The translations under genes and the position numbers were made by a program. This document shows positions 1 through 11,690 of a stretch of 20,858 nt of DNA, piece by piece (position 1 is the stretch's first letter; every line of letters begins with the position of its first letter). Source of the stretch: Octopus sinensis (lineage: Eukaryota); the NCBI RefSeq assembly GCF_006345805.1, contig NW_021823880.1:1-20858 (forward strand), written 5' to 3'. The notes under the pieces are model-generated. The model did not search any database. It worked only from the letters and a program-made list of their open reading frames with translations, and was not told the origin of the DNA.

Positions 1-220
1 GTGGAAAAATTGTAGTAATTGAAAATAAATATCCAACCGTACTCCTTCTTGTTGACTCCAAATTTTTTCGATTACCTATTCACACACGACAGAAGCCCAA
101 ACGCAAACCTGGAAGCACGTAAAATACTACTACTGGATAGCACAGGGTGAAATCTGAAGGCGTACGAGCTTTATACTGTACACTACTACGTTCTTAACAG
201 AATACAAAGTATACCATGAC

Positions 221-247
221 TATATATATGCATACATATAAATACAT

Positions 248-315
<68 letters not shown>

Positions 316-326
316 ATATATATATA
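221..326. repeat. (TA)n microsatellite
   Basis: Direct inspection. Confidence 0.95.
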
Positions 327-796
327 ATCGTCTAACTCAGCTCCACGCAATTTAAAATTTTGCTGGTTTGTAGAACGAACCTACCTCGTCAGATATCTGA
401 GAATCGAGTAACAGGATATGAGACAAATTCTAGATGTTAAGCTTCTGTTGGTTCACTCAGGTCACGTGGTGCTATTTGTCTGGAAGTGATATAAGTCCTT
501 GTCTTTGTTATTAGGTCAACGTGGACGGACATGATGCTATATCTGGAGGCTGCGATGCAATTTCTTGCATTTACTGCTGCAGATGGTAGGACGGGGTGTT
601 GAAGCGAGATAGTAAAGAATTAACACTATGGAGGCGACGGCCTTTCCGTGGGAGTAACCAGATTTGGTGCTGCTAGGTTGGATTGTCAGCATGTATGTAT
701 GTATATATAGATATATATATACTTTATGTATTCATTTATATATATATACACGTGTACATACATACGTAACCTACACATGGGTGTATATATTATGTA

Positions 797-802
797 TTTA
801 TT
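797..802 (-). terminator. Candidate distal polyadenylation signal AATAAA
   Basis: TTTATT on the + strand in the same TTTGTAATAAA context (minus strand) as the proximal site. Confidence 0.35.
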
Positions 803-1018
803 ACAAATTAAAATTATTAAGGAGAATCAAAAATATCCATGAAAAAAGAAAAATAAGGAAAAAACGAAAACAATATATCCTAAAATGTCATTCACTGTTC
901 GAAATTTGGAAATGAATATCGATGTATTCAGCTATTAAAAGACAGGAAATAATTGAAGAATTTTTATGAGTTGATTATCATAGTCAACCTTTGAAGACAT
1001 CTTCGGCCAAGTCTGGTG

Positions 1019-1024
1019 TTTATT
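1019..1024 (-). terminator. Candidate proximal polyadenylation signal AATAAA of the tubulin gene
   Basis: TTTATT on the + strand, about 237 nt downstream of the stop codon. Confidence 0.45.
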
Positions 1025-1027
1025 ACA

Positions 1028-1037
1028 AAGAAGAAAG

Positions 1038-1072
<35 letters not shown>

Positions 1073-1138
1073 GACAGACAGAAGAAAGCTGAGAAAATTA
1101 AAGAGAAGAAAAAAGCGAGAAAGAAATTGCGAGAGAGA
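1028..1138. repeat. Polypurine (GAAA)n/(GA)n tract in the tubulin 3' UTR (pyrimidine-rich in the mRNA)
   Basis: Direct inspection. Confidence 0.9.
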
Positions 1139-1260
1139 TTTAAGTTCGCTGGGGGTCGGGGGCATAATATATATTTTTCTATGATTATGGTCCACTTTCA
1201 TGCCACTGGAAACAGCAAGATCAACGCAATAATTGACTGGTTTGAAGAAAATCTCTATGT

Positions 1261-3186
<1,926 letters not shown>

Positions 3187-4028
3187 TTAATTTCCTCGCC
3201 CCACACCACACCACCCTACCTCACCCACCTCGTAAACTTTCGATATTGGCAACAGCAAATGATTGCTCGGTGACGTCATCCACACGTAACGACAGTTGTT
3301 AAGTTAATGTTAACAAATTTAATTCAGAAAACGTTGAAAATCTCAACGGAATAATTGTTATGGCAGAAACAACAATATTAATTAAAACAAATATTGTTTT
3401 AATTATTCCAGCAAACACGGGATATATGTTGGCCTAATTAGACATCGTCAGTGAAGCAATAACTAAATTTTTACATTTCGAGCAGAGGGTGACTCTGAAT
3501 AATTTATTCTTTAAAATACTTTAAATTTTCTCGTCTGTTCCATGTACGATATATAATGACTCTCATTGCTGCCTCAGCAAGTACAGTGTAGCCTATGAAC
3601 CGCTGAAGAGGTCTAATAACAATGAAACATATATCCGCAGTTGTCTCCCACACCACTGGGATAATTCATATAATGCTCTCTACTGAGTTAGAATTGTAAT
3701 TTGCTAGCAGTATATTTATTTCTTAGAAGTGTTTTCGAAATGTCTTAGATAAATTAACGATCACTGAACATATTATACCTGCAACTATGGAATCATATCT
3801 GCAATAGATCAGATCTGCTAAAGAATTAATCTTAGGAGAGAAATACTAAATGAAATATAGACGTAAACAAATTATGAAACAGAGAAATAAAAGTGACATA
3901 AATAAGGAATTTCGACAAATTCTAGAATAAAAACAGAACAACAGAATAATAGAATAACTATGATATGAGAAATATGCCCTAAGATAAGCCTTTTATGATA
4001 TTCCCCAACATAATTTCTCATAAATAAT

Positions 4029-4232
4029 TCTTTCTGCTATAGGCACAAGGCCTGAAATTTTGGAGGAGGAGATAGTCGATTACATCGACCCCAGTGCGTA
4101 ACTGGTACTTATTTCATCGACCCCGAAAGGATGAAAGGCAAGGCCGACCTCGGCGGAATTTGAACTCAGAACGTAGCGGTAAACGAAATACCGCTCAGCA
4201 TTTCGCCCGGCATGCGAACGATTCTGCCAGCT
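4029..4232 (-). mobile_element. tRNA-derived SINE family A, tail type 1, in tubulin intron 2
   Basis: A box TGGCAGAATCG, B box GAGTTCAAATTC, body GCCTTTCATCCTTTCGGGGTCGAT. TSD ATTTCTYATAAATAAT at 4013-4028 and 4235-4250 (15/16). Confidence 0.88.
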
Positions 4233-4446
4233 TTATTTCTTATAAATAATGAATGGGTGCTGAAACGTACTTTAACTCTCTCTTAGAAGTTCAACAACTT
4301 GTTATAAGAGAGAAAAGGATGCACATTGCATGTAACGAAAATAATGTATTTGGAAGCATCAGTTCCTATGATTAACTATAATTCAAAGTTTACAGAGATG
4401 TACTTGCATAGCAAGTGACCTGATCTGAGATCGTGTGCTGGAACGA

Positions 4447-4632
4447 AAACAATTGCAGGGTGGAAGGTGTTTATAAGCCATTTAAGCAACACACAAGATC
4501 CGTTAAATTCACTTCAACATTTAAATCTAATTTATCAAAATATTTTCGTCGCTTTGAGACCGCGACCTGTTCACTGACAAAATTCCGTGCTGCATCTTGG
4601 AATTATAAACACCTTCCACGCTGCAATTGTTT
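4447..4632. repeat. 30-bp inverted repeat (4447-4476 / 4603-4632) enclosing the hammerhead-like motif
   Basis: AAACAATTGCAGGGTGGAAGGTGTTTATAA matches the reverse complement of TTATAAACACCTTCCACGCTGCAATTGTTT at 29/30 positions. Confidence 0.9.
4531..4581 (-). ncRNA. Minimal type-I hammerhead ribozyme-like fold, G3:C8 core variant
   Basis: Minus strand reads TTTGTCA-GTGAACA-G-GTCGC-ggtctcaaa-GCGAC-GAAA-ATATT-T-TGATAAA. Stem I is 7 bp (one GU), stem II is 5 bp, and stem III is the palindrome AATATT. Confidence 0.6.
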
Positions 4633-4716
4633 AATTTAGAGGTTGTCTCGATTTAATTGCTATAAGTTAAAGTTTGTCCAGGTTTGACCCTAAGAAATTG
4701 TGGCAAGCCAACTTAC

Positions 4717-4939
4717 CGATGACCGTAGGTTCCAGATCAACGAAAACGGCCCTTGGGACGTGTTTTCCTCCACCAGTTTCGCTGAAAAACGTGTTAAACG
4801 AATCATCGCTGCCTGTTTGTGACCTCAGATCAGGTATTTGACCATTTTGCTGGATACAATGTTCCAAACAATACAGTTCCCAGCATGCATTACCGATTTG
4901 AACTCCTGCCTGTCCGATGTGGATACTGATACACTCACG
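4717..4939 (-). CDS. TUBA: Alpha-tubulin exon 2 (codons 2-76)
   Basis: [27 protein letters not shown]...[16 protein letters not shown]. Acceptor TTTCCTTGCAG| ends at 4940 and donor G|GTAAGT starts at 4716. The 223-nt length matches the conserved animal alpha-tubulin exon 2, and the phase fits exon 3. Confidence 0.97.
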
Positions 4940-4999
4940 CTGCAAGGAAAGGAAAGACAAAATCAGACTCATTAGTTTAATGAATAAAGAATATTGTAT

Positions 5000-5067
5000 G
5001 TAGCTGTGTGGTAAGAAGTTTGCTTCCCAACCATATGACTCCTGGTTCAGTCCCTTTACATGTCACT
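5000..5067 (+). mobile_element. SINE family B head fragment
   Basis: GCTGTGTGGTAAGAAGTTTGCTTCCCAACCA...GGTTCAGTCCC. Confidence 0.7.
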
Positions 5068-5089
5068 GTATGCATTTGTGTATATATGC

Positions 5090-5120
<31 letters not shown>

Positions 5121-5133
5121 TGTGTGTGTTAAA

Positions 5134-5460
5134 AGGAGCACTCCGTTGGTTGCGACGACGAGGGTCGCAGCTGATACGATCAACGGAACAGCCTGCTCGT
5201 GAAATTAACGTGCAAATGGCTGAGCATTCCACAGACACGCCTACCCCTTCTCATACTTCTCAGGTAGATTCAGCGTGGCACAGAGTGTGACAAAGCTGGC
5301 CCTTTGAAATACAGGTACAACTCATTTTTGCCAGTGGATTGGACTGGAGCAACGTGAAATAAAGTGTCTTGCTCAAGGACAAAACGTGTCGCTGGGAAAT
5401 GAACTCACAACCTTACGATCATGAGCCGAATGCCCTAACCACTAAGCCGCGCGCCTTCAC
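5134..5460 (-). mobile_element. tRNA-derived SINE family C, tail 1
   Basis: Minus-strand head GGCGCGCGGCTTAGTGGTTAGGG...GAGTTCATTTCC, then GTCCTTGAGCAAGACACTTTATTTCACGTTGCTCCAGTCC. Confidence 0.78.
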
Positions 5461-5471
5461 ACAATATGACC

Positions 5472-5700
5472 TTATTCTTTTATTCTTTTATTTGTTTCAG
5501 TCATTTGACTGCAGCCATGCAGGGGCACCGCCTTTTGTCGAACAAATCGACCCCAAGTCTTATCCTTTGTAAGCCTAATACTTATTCTATCGGTCATTTT
5601 TGCCGAACCGCTAAGTTACGGGGACATAAACACACCAGCATCGATTGTCAAGCGATGGTGGGGGTACAAACACAGACACACACACACACGCACACACACG

Positions 5701-5786
<86 letters not shown>

Positions 5787-5848
5787 ACGACGGGCTTCTT
5801 TCAGTTTTAGTCCACCAAATCCACTCACTAGGCTTTGGTCGGCCCGAG
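5472..5848 (-). mobile_element. SINE family B, 5'-truncated, in putative intron 1
   Basis: Reverse-complement match to the body and tail of 7686-8130, with an internal (CA)n(TA)n. Confidence 0.8.
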
Positions 5849-5893
5849 TTTGACACCTACTGGAATGGCTTCGATCAAATGGTTCCCTTGATC

Positions 5894-5943
5894 AAGAAGA
5901 AGAAGAAGAAGAAGAAGAAGAAGAAGAAGAAGAAGAAGAAGAA

Positions 5944-5977
<34 letters not shown>

Positions 5978-6066
5978 AACACCACCAACAAGCACAATAA
6001 CAACAACAACAGCAGCAGCAACAGCAACAATAACAACGAGAAGTACAACAACAACAACAGTAGCAG
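5894..6066. repeat. Compound (AAG)n-(AAC)n-(AGC)n trinucleotide repeat
   Basis: Direct inspection. Confidence 0.95.
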
Positions 6067-6675
6067 ATGTGGATCATGCACGCCATCATAACATTTATTA
6101 CAAACATATAACAGACAGGGAATTCTGCCGAAAACGTTGCAGTGGTCATTAGACAAACGTGCTGCTAACCAGACAAGATTTGTCAATAGATATATTACAA
6201 TAAAAGAGGTATTTGTAATTTGAGAATGTTCAAATACCTTTGAAGACCGATCCCAATTGAGAAGGAACAAAAGTTATGACACATCCCATATTGTCTCCTG
6301 TTCCTTGGTTTATTTTAGCTACGACAGCCAAAACCCATGTTTGAGGATTTGGAGGAGATGAAACGAAAATAAATTTACTGAAATAATTTAGGATCAGAAA
6401 TGACAGGAATCAACGAAGGTTGGTTTATCTGTTCATTCGTTCCACAACTTCTATCCAATTAAGGAACTACTAAAACACACATAAACACACGCACGCACAC
6501 GCACACGGATGTATGTTAAGATACATGTGTGTGTGTGTGTGTAAATACAGTGTACATTTAAATGCATAAGAGGTAGCCATCATAGGACTACCTGCACGCT
6601 AGAGAGAACAGTTAAGTTCCGAACCACTATTAGAGATAAAATATCGAAGAAAATGAAAAATGAAAAAACATTTAC

Positions 6676-6678
6676 CAT
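6676..6678 (-). CDS. TUBA: Candidate alpha-tubulin exon 1 coding part (ATG only)
   Basis: Exon 2 begins at Arg2, so a separate ATG exon is needed, as is usual in animal alpha-tubulins. The best ATG|GT donor I found upstream is TAGATG|GTAAAT at 6678-6670. 3+223+1130=1356 nt = 451 aa + stop. There is no transcript evidence. Confidence 0.6.
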
Positions 6679-6893
6679 CTAACTCCTGGACAAATGGTTT
6701 CAGACTTTTTTAGCAAATAAAATAATATTCTAGGCGAAGTCTTCTTCAGCAGGTACAACTTAGATTAAATATATATACACGAGGCAATCCAGTATATGCA
6801 TCGTGGTTATAAATTCTAAGTTTTCAAATTAACAGCGCAAGCGCAGCTCCCTGTCGGAGGTAAATAAATATGCCGGCTTTTTCATTTCGAAAA

Positions 6894-6913
6894 TACACAC
6901 ATACACATATATG

Positions 6914-6991
<78 letters not shown>

Positions 6992-7007
6992 TGTGTGTGT
7001 GTGTGTG
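6894..7007. repeat. (TA)n-(TG)n microsatellite
   Basis: Direct inspection. Confidence 0.95.
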
Positions 7008-7488
7008 CATGCTTGCAGCAATATATTATGGAATCTGATTTGATTGGTACTTGAAGAAGTGGTGAAACAGTTTATATCGAAAGAAAATGGAAAAACTTCT
7101 TTATTAATAATCTACAATAGTTGTCAAAATTATATATGTACACACACACACATCCACATACATGCGCGCACGCACGTGAACACTCACACACTTGAATTTC
7201 CATGAAGCCAATCGTAAATTAATCTGCAAAGAGATTCACAAACCAAACTTCCCCGATAGTCTCTCTCTATATAAGACAATAACTTAAAAGTTAACCAGTA
7301 TATGTCGACAGTGTATGCTATATGCACTTAATATGTCGCAGAAAAAAATTGTTAATATACAATTCACAAGAAAGTTATACAAGATATTATATTTAAATGT
7401 CATTCTAAACATTTCGTTGAATAAATTCGCCGATGGTAATTTTCAAGGGAAGTCACATAAGATAATTTGTAGTAGCGTCCCTTGCATG

Positions 7489-7528
<40 letters not shown>

Positions 7529-7685
7529 CTGACGTACAAAAATGAATGTACGTCCATCAAACTGAACTTCAGTGTGGACTGAAGAATGCGGACATTTTCC
7601 GATGGTATCAATCACTGCTCGGTATTACAGGAAGGATCAAAACTTCTCGAAAATGCTGAATTCAATGAGATCTTCAATAGGCAAA

Positions 7686-7840
7686 GACGTGGCTGTGTGG
7701 TAAGAAGCTTGCTTCCCAACCACATCATTTCGGGTTCAGTCACACGGCGTGGCACCTTGGGCAAAAATCTGCTACTATAGCCTCGGGTCGACCAAAGCTT
7801 TGTGAGTGGGTTTGGTAGACGGAAACTGAAAGAAGCCGTC

Positions 7841-7922
<82 letters not shown>

Positions 7923-8130
7923 TTTGTCTATGTGTGTGTGCCTTCTACCATTGATCGACAACCGATATTGGCATGTTTACGTCTCCGTAATTTAGCGGCA
8001 CGCCAAAACTCACCGATAGAATAAATACCAATCTTACGAAAAAAAAAGGATCGCTCGACTAAAATTTTTCATGGCGGTGCCCCAGCATGACCGCAATCTA
8101 ATGACTGAAGCGTGTAAAAGATAAAAGATA
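7686..8130 (+). mobile_element. tRNA-derived SINE family B (CORE-like) with internal (TA)n/(TG)n, near full length
   Basis: Head GTGGCTGTGTGGTAAG...GGTTCAGTC, CORE-like GTGGCACCTTGGGCAA, tail ...ATGACTGAA...AAAAGATAAAAG. Multiple copies occur in the window. Confidence 0.8.
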
Positions 8131-8356
8131 GAAGAAACGATCGAATCAGAAAGAAAAAGGCGCTTATACATTTGTAGTTGTTTTTCTTTTGCGAAGGGAC
8201 GCTACTCTAAATTATCTTTTCTTTATTACTTCCCTTGAAAATAAATTTATTTTATTTTATTTTTTTATTCAACTGAATTTGCTTGGCAGACGCCATTAGA
8301 AAAACTTATATCTATTTGCAAAGGAGCCTTCACTTTCATCGCTACCTGGTGGTTAC

Positions 8357-8399
8357 CGCCCGTTGACGAGGGACAACAATCCCGAAACTAGTTCGAGCG
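8357..8399 (+). ncRNA. Minimal type-I hammerhead ribozyme-like fold (Penelope-type)
   Basis: CGCCCG-TTGACGA-GGGA-caacaa-TCCC-GAAA-CTAGT-T-CGAGCG. Stem III is the palindrome ACTAGT, and stem I extends imperfectly out to 8313/8444. Confidence 0.7.
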
Positions 8400-8759
8400 T
8401 ATCACTCAGGCTTGCGAGGAAGGGATGGCCTCCCTTTGCAAATACTCCAAGGACACAGATATTGTGTCTAGAGCCAGCTAGAGACGAAGATCTCTTGGGA
8501 CTATAAAGCTACAGTAACACCCCCTCCCCAATGTGGTTAGCCATGATAAGATGGCTTCTATACTTTACATTATCGAGCGATTACTGTTTCAATCTCATTC
8601 TGAGATTTAATTATGCTTATTGTAAATTGTATTAGTGAAATTCTATCGCAAATTAACAAAACTCAGTGTACGTCTTTTAAAAATAGATTTAGAAGTCGGA
8701 TGGTTAACTATAATTGCGTTTTTTAAACTGCTTAAATTGTTTGTTTTAACTTCAGGTGT

Positions 8760-8944
8760 GTCTCTCTCTGTCTCCCTCCTTACCACTCTCTCACTTTCTC
8801 ACTTTCTCTCTCCCTCTCTCTCTTTCTCTTTCTCTTCCTTTCTCTCCCTCTCTTTCTCTCTCTCTCTGTATAATATATATATCTATGTATGTATGTATGT
8901 ATGTATGTATGTATGTATGTATGTATGTATGTATGTATGTATAT
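8760..8944. repeat. (CT)-rich tract followed by (TATG)n
   Basis: Direct inspection. Confidence 0.95.
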
Positions 8945-10590
8945 CGGAGGGTTTTAATCAAGATGATTTAAGTAAATGAATAAGTAATCATATCACTCCT
9001 AAATGTTCTAAACCTTATAACACAATAAATGTTTGTTTGCTTTTTTTTGACACAACATTTGCAACTGTATTATGATATGAAATGTCATGCCTGGCCCTGC
9101 TGTCTGCTGGAATACAAGCCTGTTTTGCTGCACCAACCTTTATGAGCGAGGTCGTTGAGTTTAATGACATGTTTATAATACAAATGCCTTTTAGCTGTTT
9201 TTTAATTTACAATCTCTTTCTGCTATGCAACCTCGTGATCTCGTGATTGAAAGATTGTAGTCCGATCTACTTTACATTTCTTAAATGTTAGTAATTCCTG
9301 TTGTTAAAATTTCCTGTCAATTAACCAACATGTCATTGCTCGCTTGTTTATTTGGTAAACCTGATGAGTTGAGAGTTGCATAACATATTTCGTAATCTTA
9401 TGGATTGTGGTTGTGCGCACTACATACCTGACTTATCATGTTTAAATTCCAATAAAGATCACAATGAAACAACTGTAGCAGTTTCAGAAACCCGTTTGCC
9501 CGTTTTTATTACGTATTTTACGCCGCGTTTAAGTTCCCATTCATCTTTGGACACTTTTGGATTAACTAAACAGCAGGAGATTTCCGTTCATGGATGCATT
9601 CCGTGCCATGGTAATGGATTGCTTAACTATCTGATTTACATCATTCTGTCTGGCCATTAATTGCTTCATTTTGATATGCCTCGATTCTTTATGGAACTCC
9701 TTTAACCAAATCTGTTTATAGTTTTCCCTGCTGATTCTTCTGGACGCTTCTGGAATTTCAAGTGATGGAATAGACAAAGTGAACAAGGATTTTTCTTTGA
9801 AATATTTACCAAGCTCTTGCTGCGAACAATATAGGAGTTTCCTTATCCATAGGACAAAAGTTTTTGTTGTACAACTAAGATAGAAGGCATTCTACTTCGA
9901 CAAAAATGGGACCTTGAAATTGACTGATATTGAAGAAGCTGAATTCAAATGCATCGTCAAGTCTAGACGAAACTCTTCTTATAACCGCTAAAAAAAAGTT
10001 TATTTGATATTATCAAAATCATTTCAGAGAAATTCTTTTAGAAATAAGCTCTTTTTTTAAAAAAAAAAACATTTAATGTATTCATAAAAGAACTTAAGAA
10101 ATCTTCCTACATCTAAGTCCAAGCGGATAAGACTAGAAATCTATATAGACTTAACTTTGATTTTTACCGGAGGTTTATACTTAAGGAGCTACAATGGGAT
10201 TATAAGAGACCTTAAAAAATCTACACTTGACATCAGCTCTGAAAGATATCAGATCTCACCTACCAACTTAACATCGAGGATCGAACCGAAAATCTTAGAA
10301 CTAAAACACTGTGGATTAATCTGAAGGATCAAAAAATCAACTTCAGGGAGAACTCTTCTTATCAGTCCTTCGAAATCTGATATTAGCTGGATTAATAATT
10401 ATTATTCCATTTATTTTGTTAATTTTTAAATCTTGGATTCAACCCTTCTGACGTGATTGATTCGTCCAAGCATATTCAATACAAACGTAAGTACACTTTC
10501 GTACATAATACAGTTCTATATTTAAGAGATGGGGAATTATGTACCTTATTTACATTATTTGTATTTGATGGATATTTGTCCTCATCCCTG

Positions 10591-10758
10591 TTGGATGAAG
10601 TTAAATTAATGGACAGAGTACACCACTGGAAAATATGGAAACTAAAAGCAGCAACACATATGCTAGGACACAACAACCTCCTAAGCAGACCGAGTGCAGA
10701 TATGAACAGCATTTGGGAATCGGTATTAAGGAAGGATAGGAGAATATTAGATTTATAA
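10591..10758 (+). mobile_element. Penelope-like retroelement remnant (C-terminal end of the GIY-YIG region)
   Basis: LDEVKLMDRVHHWKIWKLKAATHMLGHNNLLSRPSADMNSIWESVL resembles the 'vkild.e.hw..RklkEa.hi....l.....i..iW.p.l' end of PLE ORFs (recognised from memory). Confidence 0.6.
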
Positions 10759-11186
10759 GCCCTAAAAATCCCCTCCATAATTGCCCAACAACAAGAACAG
10801 CAACAACAAAGGCAGAATTAAAACGGACAAATCTCAGAATAACTTATCTAGCATCCGCTTTCAGAACCCCATTCAAACCCTTAAAACATGAACATAGCAA
10901 AATAAATATATTTTAAAGTGGCTAGAGAGATACCCGCCTAACATAAACACCGCTCTAACATAACAGATGCTACAAACTTTTCATAATAAACATTTACAGC
11001 AATCTGAAACTCGAGCCAACAAGAGGGCCTCTGCGAAGTAGATGAACGTACAAGAAATAGCAAACAAATATGCCTCAAATTACACGCTGTTATGCTTTAA
11101 AAAGGGAAAAACACATTAGACAATATAGGCCAAGATATACTATGCCTGGATAAATAATGGGATGGTCATATCTGGGACACTTTTGA

Positions 11187-11330
11187 CAGTTTCCGTCTAC
11201 CAAATCCACTCACAAGGCTTTGGTCGGCCCGAAGCTATAGTAGAAGACACTTGCCCAAGGTGCCACGTAGTGGGATTGGACCCGGAGCCATGTGGTTGGT
11301 AAGCAAGCTACTTACCACACAGCCACTCCT
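11187..11330 (-). mobile_element. SINE family B 5' half
   Basis: Reverse-complement match to 7686-7830. Confidence 0.82.
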
Positions 11331-11690
11331 ATGCTATTAAAATTTCTTGTTGAATCAGAATAGATCTGAAGCCACATATTAGTAATGCCGTTATTTCCAA
11401 AACAGACCTCAGTAAACACGATATATAAACCATCCGCCATGTTTAGTGACATTGGAGAAAACCAAAATGACGGGCATTTTCTGCTTCACATTCCATCGTT
11501 TTTCAAGGGGAATGAATGGATCCTGTGGTTGTTTTGTGGTGTTTTGTATTGATTTGTGGTAGTTTGTAGTGTTTTGTCGTGTTTTGGCTCGGAAATAAAA
11601 ATGGGTTCTAAAAACGGGATTGAATTCTGATGCTATTAAAATTTCTTTACAGAAAGCAGTTTTGTTTTGGTTTAACCACAGAATGCAGAA

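Noticed and set aside
3230-3440. Possible Helitron 3' end
   Set aside because: The hairpin and CTAG terminus are too degenerate to support.
5645-6270. Poly-K/poly-N and poly-L/F/C ORFs
   Set aside because: Trinucleotide microsatellite artefacts.
6725-6755. CTGAAGA on the minus strand as a hammerhead core
   Set aside because: No stem II followed by GAAA.
7579-7605. CTGAAGA..CGGA/TCCG hairpin as a hammerhead
   Set aside because: It is followed by ATGG rather than GAAA, and there is no stem I or III.
9361-9400. CTGATGAG canonical core
   Set aside because: No pairing stem II or downstream GAAA.
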